A DNA stretch of 64,000 nucleotides from the human T2T-CHM13v2.0 reference genome, Homo sapiens. Positions within the stretch are counted from its first letter, which is position 1; every line of letters starts with the position of its first letter. Shown one piece after another: positions 28,334-58,520 of this stretch. Below the pieces are notes generated by a model. It was not told the origin of the DNA. It searched no databases and saw only the letters and a list, made by a program, of their open reading frames with translations. The translations under genes and the position numbers were made by a program. The DNA lies in the NCBI RefSeq assembly GCF_009914755.1, contig NC_060931.1; one strand, 5' to 3'.

Positions 28334-29777
28334 TAGAAACCAGTTGTAAATCCTCCTTTGCTTTTTCCTCTCTGAGGTATTTTCCTGCTAAAGAGCAAGG
28401 TTGAGCACTTCACACTTTATCTCAAAGTGTCTTTGAAGAGTAAAGCAAATCTCTCAACAGAGTATTCCAAGATAAAGAACAGCCATCTCCAAATTCATGC
28501 CACAGTGAGGAACTGTGCTAGGTCAGGAGACTGTTTGGAGCCCGGGACACTGGGGGTTAACAGCCTGTGCCTGGCAGCTGAGTGTCCCCACAGCTGCCAG
28601 CAATTAGACTAGCTGGCAGTCCCCTTAGGAAACTCCTGCTGCCTGATGAGGACTAATTGCTTGCCGGCGTCTAAGTCCCCAATCGATAGAAATGGAAATC
28701 CATTAGGGAAAGGCTGGCGGGAGGGACTGCCTTCTGGGGAGGGTGCAGCCCTGCAGAGGCACAGGCCCGGCCAGGGTGGGTGCTGCCAACACTGCCAACA
28801 CACCCTACCGTGGGTGCTGCCAACGCACCGTCCCTGGAAAACCACCCAGTGAAACGCTGTCCCCTAGAGAGTGTTCCTTTCCTCCTGACTGTGGTCTACC
28901 ACTGAAGAAGCCTGTCTGCCCAACGTGGCATTACCACAATTGCTTCTCAGAGAAACAAACCACGTGTCCTGGGAGAGTGGCAGAGGCCAAGGTCAGTGCA
29001 GACAGGGATGCTCTGTAAGGTTCGGTGCAGCTAAGCAAGGGGGCTTAGCTGAGCTTTGAGTCAGGCAGTTTTCTGTAATAAGCAGACTCAGTGCAGTGAC
29101 TCGTAAGCAGCTACTGAAAATCCATACTTCAGATCCCTGTCAGTTAGAAATTGTGTCCACACACCAGAGAGAATGGCAGTTTTCATGGGAATTATTTCAA
29201 CCAATGATATGCTGGTTTCGGAGAAAACAAAGATGAGTAGGACCTGGTCCTTACCTTAAAGAATCCTACCATCCATGCAAGTTCAAAAACAACGTGATTC
29301 CAGAGGGACAGTTTAAAATGCTTATGAGAACAAAATAAAATGAGGATTTCTAATCCCACCACCACCACCAAATCTTCTCACTTAATTGATTTTTTGGTTA
29401 AAACTACCCCTCCCACTCACAAGGAGTTTTGTTTTCAACCTATTTGGAAATTCAAGGCTATTATAATGAAGTATGTATTGTATTATTTGAGAAAATACAT
29501 TTGTGAGCTTACTTTAGATAAGTTGCACAAGTTGGATACGGGTCACATAAAAAGTTCTTTCTTATCAGGAGTTCAGGAACAAAAAGTCCCTCTGTAAGAT
29601 TATATATAAAGATTATATTCAATTCAAACTGTGATTTTGTTTCTCCAGAAATAACATGCTTGTTGTTAAGAGTTTATGAAAATTAGACGAGAAAAGAACC
29701 ACAGTATTATTTTGCAACTTTGTGCAGAGGCAGATTCTTGTCCCTCTTGCACTACAATTGCCAGAATTCTGAACAGG

Positions 29778-30074
29778 GGCCGGGCACGGTGGCTCATGCC
29801 TGTAATCCCAGCACTTTGGGAGGCCAAGGTGGGTGGATTGCCCAAGCTCAGGGGTTCAAGACCACCCTGGGCTACATGGCGAAACCCCATCTCTTCTAAA
29901 AGTACAAAAATTAGCTGGATGTGGTGGTGAGTGCCTGTAGTCCCAGCTACGGGGGAGGCTGAACGCAGGAGAATTGCTTGAACTGGGGAGGCGGAGGTTG
30001 CAGTGAGCTGAGATTGCAGCACTGCACTCCAGCCTGGGTGGCAGAGCAAGATTCCATCTCAAAAAAAAAAAAAT
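29778..30074 (+). mobile_element. Alu inserted in a candidate exon
   Basis: TSD aattctgaa at 29765-29773 and 30075-30083. Confidence 0.9.
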
Positions 30075-30996
30075 AATTCTGAATGCAATTGAAGTAAAAC
30101 TATTGTAAAGTTAAAAAATGAAGTGAAATGTGTTCTTGTTATTGACCTCAAATATAATCTAGAACAACCTGTGTAAGCACTTAAAGCATTTGCTTTTAAG
30201 GCATTGGATTCACAATCAGGTTCATTGCAAATGATCCACTCATTAAAAGAAGGTCTGGCACCCGCAACTCATTTAAGTTGTATGTGTGTGTTAAAGGAAC
30301 ACTGAAACTGCATTTCTGTTAAAACATTGATTCATATTTTCCCAAAGTAGTACCGTATGACTTTTCAATGTAGACTTAAGACAATTTCAAATACCAATTA
30401 CCACATTATAGAGAAATCCTTAAAATTTCACCAGTGTTTTCTTTTAGAATAAGTGCTGCAGACGGGCACGGAAGAGACGCCTGTGGAAATGATCTGGATT
30501 TCACTGTACAGTTATGTCTCTGAGGCTATTGCCTATCAAACCACTTTTTGTTTAGGAGGTTGCTTAATGGGAGTCAATTCTTAGTATTCTTCCGTGCTGC
30601 TGAACAGGGTGAGGTCATGCAGGAAGCCGAAAGGGACAGATGAATTTCAGTGACAGAGCTCAGGAGGCCATCAGGAGAACAGACCTTGTCAGTGACTTGC
30701 AAATTCACTTGTTTAAAGTGTATTTTTTTAAATGTTTTCATAAAATAGCCTGATTATAAAGTAAGGAGACTGGTTTTAGAAACTTCAAAAGAAAGCAAAT
30801 CTCATTGTTCTATGCTCAAAACCTATACTTTGTCATTTGATCCAAAGGAAGACATGTATTACTTATTACTGTGTTGGTCAATAAGAGGGGAAGAAGGAAA
30901 AGAAAGTGATCTGTAGGAGATGACACAATTGATGAACAGCAGGGCTGCTCTGACAACCTGATTCTATCAATTTCTAATTCAGTGCTCATCCTTTAC

Positions 30997-32532
<1,536 letters not shown>

Positions 32533-33044
32533 TGATTGCCACTTTCGTAGGGAAGAACAATGACAAAGGAAGAAGGATTAGACTGCCAGCAAAAATGTGA
32601 CACTCTAAAATGGGTGTACTGCCTAACACATCCTCCAGGGTTATCTCAGGCTTTCTTTTTCTTTTTTTTTTAATTTTTTTTCGTATCTCAGGCTTTCTTT
32701 TTACTTGAATTATTTCATAAGTTTATAAATTATAAAAAAAAGGTAGAAATATGAATAACTTGTCCAGAGAAATGGAAATGAACTTTTTTGGTGGTGGAGA
32801 TGCAACTGATTATTGCCTTGTGGGATACTGACCAGTTTTGCACTGTTAGGAAATTTATTTCTGCATTCTTGACTGCCTGTATATGTGTGTTATTTGACTT
32901 CTCTTTGAACCAGCTATAACATCTTATTGGTTCCCTCATGAAACTGTGAGTTTAGTAAAATCTTTGACATGTGTTTATTATATTTATATTTCTATGAGTG
33001 TCACAATTTTATCCTTTAGATAATTATTGTTGAAATAGTTCTCA

Positions 33045-33799
<755 letters not shown>

Positions 33800-34047
33800 T
33801 CACATCTGTGGAGCATGTAACATGTCACTTCCTGATCTTGTCCTGTTTTCTCATCACAAAGAAATTATTATTGGAAAGGAAGGGGGCTGAGTTCTATTTT
33901 GTGTTGGGGAAGTAACAGGGATGCCTGGTAGGGAGAAGGCCCAATAGCCCCATGGGCCAGAGCATGAAGAGGAGAAAGAGAAAAAGAACTTCAGGAATAG
34001 GGTAGATCTAGGGCAATCCTGAGAGGTCTGAGAATCCCAGATTCTCT

Positions 34048-34857
<810 letters not shown>

Positions 34858-35409
34858 TTACCGTTTTGTGTCCTAATGGTCTTGCCTTATTTAGGACTCT
34901 ATAATAGAGTCACCCTAAAATGCACTTGGACTTGGGAAGTACTTGGAACAGGGCTCATGATCACATAGAATAAAGTGGTTCCTTATGCTGTCTATCCCTG
35001 TGTTAGCTCACAGCTGGCCCCCAAGACTCAGTCAAGGAGTATTTAATAAGTCCTGTAAGCAAAGTACTAAGACATATGTTATGAAGAATATATTTTATTT
35101 TTATATTATTTAATTAAATTATTCATTTTTGGAGACAGGGTCTCACTCTATCACCCAGGCTGGAGTGCAGTGGCACAATCTTGGCTCACTGCAGACTTGA
35201 CCTCCTGGGCTCAAGCCATCCTTCAGACTCCAAGTAGCTGGGACCACAGGCATGTGCTACCATGCCTGGCTAATTTTTTATTTTGTGTAAAGACGAGGTT
35301 TCGCCATACTGCTCAGGCTGCTCTCAAACTCCTGGGCTCCAGCAATCCTCCCGCCTCAGCCTCTCAAATTGCTGGGACTACAGGCATGAGCCACTATGCC
35401 AGCCAAAGA

Positions 35410-35502
<93 letters not shown>

Positions 35503-35510
35503 TATATATA
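35410..35510. repeat. Compound (TA)n(TG)n(TA)n(CA)n(TA)n microsatellite
   Basis: Seen directly; the arrangement is self-complementary. Confidence 0.95.
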
Positions 35511-36486
35511 ATTTTTTTTTTATGAAACCTCAGTTTTTGTGCCAGAGACACGCCATCCTCAAATGAGGAAATAATCTAGCTGTTAGCCTATGCTAAGGTT
35601 AGTCTCCACACTAACTCTCTAATTGGACTTTTTTAGATTCTAACATGAGTAGCTACCATGAGAAATGAGGCATGTTGCTTTACTCAATGTTTCATTCAAC
35701 CAAATGTGCAATACATCCTATTACATTTGTTCTTACTCTGTGCGCACTCTATTCTTCATTAGACGAATCCAATTTAAATAAGACATTGAAAATTTAAGAA
35801 TAGTTTCAGAAGCTCTCTGCTAAGTAAATGCAAGTTCAATTTTAAGACAATACTGTATAAAGAAAACAATAATAATGGGTGTGGACAGCTGAAAAAATGC
35901 TATACAGAGGACTGTACTAATTACTTCAAGATTATCCAGAGAAAGAAATTATATCATTTACCAATGAATTTGATTGTCTTTCAAAATGGTCAGACTACAG
36001 TTTCTTTTCTGCCTATACTGGCCAGGAGTAACCAGCTGGCATGAACCAACCAAGAGGCATTCATTATTGAGTGCCTATTGTATAACAAACACTGGGGAAG
36101 ATATCCAAGCAGAGGATACAAAATTTGTTTTCCAGGGGTTTACAGTCTGGACTGGGAGAAAAAGTACATACACATAAAAAATACGAGTCTTAAATGGAGG
36201 ATGCAGACAAGTGCAGAAGCCAGCTCTGGCCCAGGATGATCGGGAAAGCATCACAGAACATGTAGGATTTGAGCTGGGTCTTGAAGCTCAACCTAGGTGG
36301 AGCAAAATGATAGACTCAGTGGCCGCCTTGAGTGACATACTCTCCCTCAGACATGGTGCTTGTGCTGCTTTTCCCAAAAGAAAGGTTTTCTTATGACCTT
36401 CCCATATCTGAAGTCCAATTCTAAAGTCCAAGTCTGTTATACTAGGGTATTAGCCATCCTGTAAAGAAAGCGATCATTTTGGGTGA

Positions 36487-37646
<1,160 letters not shown>

Positions 37647-38159
37647 CATGATAACTTAGCTAACATGGCAGAGAGCTTTGTCCACTTACTTGGCCAAAAT
37701 GCTAATTTATTAACTTCATTTTATTATCGTTGGGGATTTTTTCCCCTTCTCCTCTGGCCAAGCACAACTCTAGTTGAAAACAATAACGTGAAGCTATACA
37801 GCAACCTCTCCCCACCCCTTTAATTACATGTTTACTATGCACTCCGGGGCCATGCTCTTCACACACAGGGCTTCATAAATATTGCAGGCAGACGGATTAA
37901 CTAAAAGAACTGTCTGGTGAAGCTCTCTAGCCTATATTTTCTAGGTTACAAGAAGAGAAAGTATTCAACAGCAAAAGAAGGAAAAGAAGTCTGGGCTATG
38001 ATTGCCTGTTGGCTTTTATAGTACTAGCAGCAGCATGTTATTTTGTTTCTCAATCAACCTAACTTACTTGAAAGCTAAATTTAAAAGAAGAGGTCTCTAA
38101 TAGTGGACTAAAAACTAATTTTCAAAAGATTAAAAGCATCTCATACAAATATAAAATGA

Positions 38160-38906
38160 GGCTGGGCGTGGTGGCTCATTCCTGTAATCCTAGCACTTTG
38201 GGAGCCTGAGGTGGGTGTTATCATTTCAGCCCAGGAGTTCAAGACCAGCCTGGGAAACATGGCGAGACCCCATCTCTACAAAAGATAAAAAAATTAGCAG
38301 GTGTAGTGGCTCATGCGTACAGTCCCAGCTGCTCTGGACACTGAGGTGGGAGGATCACTGGGTCCAGGAGGTTGTGGCTGCAGTGAGCTGTGATCATGCC
38401 TCTGCATTCCAGCAGAGGCAACAGAGTGAGACCCTGTCTCAAAAGAACAAAACAAAAAATATATATAAAATGAACATGTGGTCAAACATTGTATTCAATT
38501 TGTTAGTTAATGAGGGAATTGTAAAAGACTAGGTTCAAATAAGAATTTGAGGAGGTAGGTATTTATAACAATGTAATAAAGAAATGTTAGATGATTATTA
38601 TTTTCCTTTTTTTTTTTTTTTCTTTTTTGGAGACAGAATCTCACCCTGTCACCCAGGCTGGAGTGCGGTGGCGCCATCTCAGCTCACTGCAGACTCCGCC
38701 TCCCAGGTTCAAGCAGTTCTCTGCCTCAGCCTCCCAAGTAGCTGGGATTACAGGCACCCACCACCATGCCTGGCTAATTTTGTATTTTTAGTAGAGACAG
38801 GGTTTCACCATTTTGGCCAGGCTGGTCTCAAACTCCTGATCTTGTGATCCACCCACCTCAGCCTCCCAAAGTGCTGGGATTACAGGTGTGAGCCCCCGCA
38901 CCCGGA
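38160..38906. mobile_element. Two Alus (38160-38460 +, 38601-38906 -)
   Basis: Alu dimers. Confidence 0.85.
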
Positions 38907-39143
38907 CGAAATGTTATATTCTTTATACGATCAGTAGGTTAGATATAAAACTATTTAATGTCATACAGGGCCATAAGCCACAACCTCTGGGGTTATCTTT
39001 CCCAATGAGCAGAAATGACTTCCATCTCTAGCTGGACAAGAACCTACAAGTTAACCTCTGCGCCTACAGAGCTGTCAGATAACCCGGTTATTAGACAGTC
39101 AGTCAAAGGAACAAGCCCAGCAGTGCACTGAAAGAACACCTAG

Positions 39144-39871
<728 letters not shown>

Positions 39872-40373
39872 CTTAGGAATCTTGCGTGTCTCCTTCCAAG
39901 TTTTGAATAATTTCTCTGGCATTGAGAAGAGGCTCTCAAAAGGCAATGGTGAAGGTCCAGCATCAATATTAGAATAGTATGCAGATCTTTATAATGAAGA
40001 TGACACTGTATCCACTATAAAAGAACATTGTCAAGAGAGGTACTCATCTTGTACAGTTTGAGGAAACACAATTTAAGTAATGACCAGACTCAGAGAAGTA
40101 GGGCAAAAACAATATTCCAGTGAACAGTAATGGCTGCAGAGGTCACCTACATGACAACCTCAATGACCTGGAACCCCGTTGAGAGCCAATCTAGTTATAA
40201 ACTTAAAGTGTATTTAAGTCCAGTTTTAGATTTAATCCTAATGATTTTACTCATCTGGAGAATGCTAGCCATAGTCATACAGCAGCAGAGATATGCCATT
40301 ATAAAGAAATACATAATCTATAAGCATCTAGGCCCATTTAGTTATAGCCTATAGCCTTGTAAACCAGCATCTT

Positions 40374-44404
<4,031 letters not shown>

Positions 44405-44515
44405 AAACCAGCATCTTATAGTAGAATCCTATCCATCATCTTTATATGTTCATGTCAATTGCTAAAAATTGTAAATTGTTTTTCAGTAAACTCTACTTGA
44501 AAAGTATGCACTGTC

Positions 44516-46593
<2,078 letters not shown>

Positions 46594-46596
46594 CGG

Positions 46597-47870
46597 ATCC
46601 ACAGGGGTGCATGACTGGGTCCACACAGCATCTCACCACGCTCAGCCGACTGCGTGGTCTCATGGGATGTCCTCAGTGACGTCATAGGAAATGCTGAAAT
46701 GCTGCATTCAGGAGGAAGAAACTGACTTCCACGCTCCTTGTCTTCTTTTCCTGTCTCTCCTTAGTTAAGGTCAGCCCTAGAGGGAGTTCAGTCCCCTAAA
46801 CTTTCAGGATGTGTCACCTCGCCACTCTAGGCAGCTATTGGGGAGGAAGGGCCCCTGGATGACCGGTGGGCAGGCACAGGCATTGGCTTTTCATTGTCTT
46901 CGAGGGTCCTTATTTGCAAGGCAGTGGTGGCAGCAAGCAGGAGTGGTTCTATAACCAAGGGAGGAACATGAGCCATGCAGTGTTGCTCCAGAAGCCGAGA
47001 GACCGCGGTGTGGAGAGGCAGGGGGTGAAATGGGCGTGGCCATGTGGATTTTGGTTGGCATATAAACACTGGGTGGGACAGTCAACCCTTTGTACCACTC
47101 CAATGTACTCACTTCCTCTTAATGATATCCAGATCTCACAGGAGAATAATCCTCTTACTTCTTCCCCACAAGAACAAATGAAAGCGTAATGTTAACAGAA
47201 GTGGCCGTGGATCTCCCAGGCATACCAAGATCCAGTCCCTGCTGCTGTGGCGGCTCCCAGCCCGTAACTGGTGTCTGTTATCTCCCTCCCACCATCCATT
47301 CCAGGTTGCCCCACTTTCAGCCAAACATTTTGGCTGGTCTGGCTCATTTGTCAGCTGAGGGGATCCAGACTTTCATCTGTAAGGGGTCCGAGCCCTTCAT
47401 TGCCTTGCCCTTGCCTGGCACGGCTGCTTCACTTCCTCATTGACAGCTATCAGCGGGCATGGGAGCGTCACAGGAGATCCTCAGTTTACCTGAGACAGGG
47501 ATTCTTCCCACCCATACCAGACCTTATTACGGCACACTGCTGCTGGAGGTGGAATCTTTTGAGCACCAAAAATAAGGGGTGGCAGGGTGAAGGGGATCAA
47601 TTTAAAACACTGATGTCTCTGAGGATTCCTTTAATCAAAGAACCATGAACCCATAGTAGAGTTTCATGTTTTCCCCTTTCATAGGTTAAGGGTGGGCTAT
47701 CTTTACACAGTGGGCCAGTGGAGAAAAGAACAGTTCTCTTAGTGACCTAGTATCTCTGATTATTTAGAATGCATCGCTTATGGGGAAAATACTGTGTGCA
47801 AAGAGGGAAGAGTAGAAATTACTGAAGGCAGTGGAGGCTTCATCCAGGCAATGACATGGCCAGCCTTGGT
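46597..47870 (-). mobile_element. ERVL-class 3' internal region plus 3' LTR
   Basis: Minus strand gatgaaagtctggatcccc...gaccagccaaaatg...ggaatggatggtgg resembles the ERVL internal 3' end; purine tract aaagggttgac then TGT at 47080. Confidence 0.55.
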
Positions 47871-47874
47871 GGTT

Positions 47875-48093
47875 CTGTCTGTCTATCATCTATTTATCAT
47901 CTGCGTATCTATCATCTATATATCTAACTATTATCTATCTATCATCTACCTATCACCTATGTATCAATCTATCACCTATCTGTATCATCTATGTATCAAT
48001 CTATCACCTATCTGTATCATCTATCATCTATGTATCAATCTATCATCTATATTACCTATCTATTGTCTATGTATCAATCATCTATTATCTATC

Positions 48094-48128
<35 letters not shown>

Positions 48129-48200
48129 ACCTATCAGCCACCCAGCTATCTATTCCATCCACCCCACCCACCCACCCATCCATTCAAGCATCTATCCATC
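47875..48200. repeat. Degenerate (TATC)n/(CATC)n tetranucleotide array
   Basis: Seen directly; purest core at about 48095-48126. Confidence 0.93.
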
Positions 48201-48284
48201 CAATAATTAAAATATTCAAGATGTGTAGATAACATTTTGGAAAATGCCAGTTTCTTACAAAATGCATTTTCTCTGTAATTTCAG

Positions 48285-48441
48285 AGTTCCTGGTAATGGG
48301 AAAGAACTTGACAATTATGGTCGTTCACTTGTGTCTCAGTTGCATATTTTGCCCGACTACAAGGAAGAAGCGTGAAAATGCCCATGTTTTCTTTTGACAG
48401 ATGAACTTTACCATTTCAAGTGAAAGGAACATAAACTCAAG
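48285..48441 (+). pseudogene. Exon-like block of the candidate decayed gene
   Basis: ttttctctgtaatttcag acceptor and AAG/gtaagt donor; VPGNGKELDNYGRSLVSQLHILPDYKEEA*KCPCFLLTDELYHFK*KEHKLK. Confidence 0.5.
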
Positions 48442-49399
48442 GTAAGTTAATGTTTTATGTTGATGTTACAGTTTCATTAACTTTTAGATTGTAGGATATT
48501 AAAATCCATATTTATTTTTGAACTGAGGCAAGTCTCCTTCCTGATGTTACGGATCAGCTAATTATGTTCATTTATTCAGTCCTATTATGTACTTACTACA
48601 TTTAGACCTAACTGACAGATCTTATTAAGAAATACGTTTCTGACACTTTTTGCTTTTTGTTACCCATTATTTATCAATATCTGAAATATTTAGGTTGTTT
48701 TGATGTATTGTGTCCTAGCTATTACAATTACTCAGTTACTTAATATTTGGAGTCTTAAGGTCATGGGAGAAAATAGTTCCTTTCTTTTTTGGTTTTTGAA
48801 ACAAGGTCTTGGCTCTGTCACCCAGGCTGGCGTACAATGTTGCCATCATAGCTCACTGTAGCTTGGACTTCCTGGGCTCAAGTGATCCTCCCATCTCAGC
48901 CTCCTGACTAGCAGGGACCCTAGGCATGTGCCACTGCACCCAGCTAATTAAAAAAAATTTTTTTTTATAGAGACAGGGTTTTGCTATCTTGCCCAGGCTG
49001 GGGAGAAAATTTAAATTTATATGCATGTATTTGTTGCAGAGACCTGTGTCTGGGCCAACAAAGTCAATAAAGGACTTTCAAATATAAAAGGCACAATTAT
49101 ATCAGATTAAAATTCTGTAGGGGAATAGGAATGGAATAGAAATTAATGAAACTAGGAGTGATGTAAAAATTCTGACAAGTACAAGCATTACTTTTTAAAA
49201 TTACTTTTTAATTGTGAAAACATTGTGATAAAATACATTAATATTTACCACATTCACCGCTTAGACCTGTACAGCTCAGTGTGTGAAATATAGTCACATC
49301 ATTTGCAAACAGTTTCCAGCACCATCCCCAGCCCCTGCACCCACCCTTCTGCTTCCTGTCTCTATGAACATGGCTACTCCAGGTACCTCCCACAGGTAG

Positions 49400-49811
<412 letters not shown>

Positions 49812-50744
49812 TTATTTTAAAATGTGAATATGCCATAAATTAAATACTTATAAATGAAAGTTTGAATGTTAAGTCAAAACATGTAAGGGGATACGTAATT
49901 TTCCAAATTTCTTTTAGCGACTACGTTAGTAGAAAAGAAGCTAGTGATCCTAATTCAGACTCTTTGTTTTATCCATGAGATTAAGCAGCTCACACACAGT
50001 CACACGTCCGGTGGGTTACGCCACATCAGCAAGCCCTCAAGGCTCCCGACACCCAACAGCTGCTTGCAGTCACAGGTTCTGTTGTCCATACATTGTAGCC
50101 ATTTATTTTGATTTTCAGTGCACTATTCACATATACCCTTATGTATGAATACTTTTTATAGCCAAGAATCCATAAGTAATACCCTATAATTTATCTCTGG
50201 CATAAGTTAGATTTTTATATAGAAGATTTAAATAGACAAACCGGTATTTGGTAATCTGTATTTTGTTTTAAGTAAGATTAAGCGTATCAACCTATAAATC
50301 ATCATTACCCCAATGTGAGCTTGGAGAGGTAGAAGTGACGTGAGAGGTCAGTCAGTCAGAAATACAGAAGAATCAACTTCGGCACAGTAAATTATCCCCA
50401 AAAAGCTTTCAGGAAATTCTGAATCATATTTGAAATGTTAAAGGCATGAATTATATGACTATCCATAAATATTTCTGAATCTTTAAAAAAGATCCTTTAA
50501 GAAACTTCAAAATAAATGAATGGAATCCAATAATTTAAAACTCAAGTGCTGTTATTTCTACAAGATCTTGGATTATATGTTCATTTGTTCATTGGAAGAA
50601 AAATCACATTTTCATTTCTTATATTTTATTTATATTAGAAAGAGCACTTCAATATTAATTCAAATATCTATCCATTAAATGCAAAAATGTTAATGCAATA
50701 TTAAAAATGAAATTTAAATGAAAGCAAGGGAATATCACATTAAG

Positions 50745-50758
50745 GTTCCCATGGCAAC
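50745..50758. promoter_or_regulatory. RFX X-box motif
   Basis: GTTCCCATGGCAAC matches the palindromic X-box consensus GTYNCC-AT-GGNAAC and lies in unique AT-rich DNA. Binding is not demonstrated. Confidence 0.5.
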
Positions 50759-51589
50759 CCTCACTACACTTCTCAGCTTCTGAATTGTAATATGGTCATT
50801 TATTACTGGCTCGTATAAAATATAATTTTGCAAATATTTAAAGATGTATAGGTTAATTCGTGTCAATTCAAGCCTTCAGATGCAATATAATATAATACAT
50901 TAGGCTAAGAATACTCCAAATATTAACCCATATTCATAATTTAGATATATCTATATAAAACAGATGCAAACTTCCTAAATTTTGAATGATTTGTTAGCAC
51001 TCACATGAATCATACCATTTTGCAGTTCCCATCACAGCTGAAATCTGAGCCTTATGTTACTGAAATACTAATATAGGTATAGTCAAGTGACTGTCTCACT
51101 TTAGAAAGAATTTGAAATTACAAATGTCAGATTTTGCCAGAATAGGCAAAATGTAAATTCATTACCTCATATAAATCAAAAGTCCAAGAATTGAGTTTTG
51201 CAGATCAAATGATTCTGCCCGAGACCTGTTTATCATTGGCCTCACTTTTTTCTACCTTTAGTGGTACGTATTAACGTGTTGAAAACTCAAAAAAGTAAAC
51301 ATCCTTTAACCAAGAAGTATATCTCTTTATTTATCTAAAGGAAATAATTGGGTAACTGCCAAGCTGTGTGTATAAGGATTTAGGAAAAAATATAAACAAT
51401 TGAAATGCCCATCAACAGGAGTGGGTTAAGCAAAGTATGATGTACAGAGCTTTGAAAATGATTGGATCGATATATTGATATGGAAAGATGTCCAAAACCC
51501 ATTGTTAAGTGAACAAAGCAAATAAAGAACAGTATGTCCAGCAAAGAAAAAACAACAAAAAGCCAAAACACTCCCTCAAGGACAATGTG

Positions 51590-57534
<5,945 letters not shown>

Positions 57535-58010
57535 TCATGTGCTCCTCATGAATACTTCTGCCCAGTGAGGGTGTCCTCCAGACAATCTTTGCATAGGAGT
57601 TCCCTGGTGGACAGGCCAAGACTTTCTTTGAGCTGTGCTGTCAGTCTGAAGTTCTTCCTCCCAATTCTTCCTGCCTCCTTCCTTCCACCGGTGTCAGGCC
57701 CTAAGGTTTTCCCTGCCTCATTCTGCCCCCTCTTGTCTTTCACCTCTTATGCTCCTGACATCATTTTTGCAGCTGCCTCCTGGCGGACCTGAGCGGATAC
57801 AAGGGGCTCCAGGATTCCTGGCTCCTCGCTGTACTAAATTTAAGAATCAGTTCCAAAATGAAGCAAAACAAAAATAGTTTTGTTGGGATTTTGACAGTAA
57901 TTGCATTGGATCAATTGCTCAGTCGCAAAACTGACATCTTTATATTAATGACACTGAGTCTCTCAATCACAAACATGCTACTTCTCTCCATTTATTTAGG
58001 GGTTCTTTAA

Positions 58011-58520
58011 CCCTTTTTCCCATTTGTCCTGAGAATACTCACCGGCAGTGCTTACAGCTGCAGCGTTTACCCCGAGATAACTTTGCCACGAAATATCTCG
58101 CTTTTATGATTATTTTCACATCGCTCTAGTATATCGACTTTAGAAACAAAAGACATCATTCTATTTATAGCATTCTGTCTTTAGTAGTGGTATTTCCATT
58201 TACAAAACATAGTAATTCTCGATCGCTGAAAATGTCAAATCCTGGAAAATGTAGTATTCCTACACGTGATGTTAACATCGTTCTCAACAGTTAGCCGAAG
58301 ATTCATTCGATGAGTCCGATTTTTCTGAAAGAGATGATTCTGATGATTCAGATGATTCTGATGTTAGTTCTGTTTAGAAATAACTCCAAGAATAGTTTTT
58401 ATATTTTATTTTCACATTGAAAATCAGTAAGATTTGCTTCAGCCTCCAAGAGTGTGTTTACGTAAAATTAAATGAGCGCTGGCAGTGAGCTGCACTTTTT
58501 TTTTCTAAATGGGAAAAGGG
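58011..58520 (+). mobile_element. MER75 piggyBac-derived MITE, full length
   Basis: TTAA at 58007-58010 and 58521-58524; TIRs CCCTTTT(T)CCCATTT / AAATGGGAAAAGGG; internal remnant of a PGBD4-like N-terminus (ATG 58232, MSNPGKCSIPTRD...AEDSFDESDFSE). Confidence 0.92.

Noticed and set aside
47794-48210. 138-aa hydrophobic ORF
   Set aside because: Product of the (TATC)n simple repeat.
51000-51230. Minus-strand mini-exon-like segments (aacag...GAG/gtaatg)
   Set aside because: Short, weak polypyrimidine tracts and no phase-linked partners; compatible with chance.
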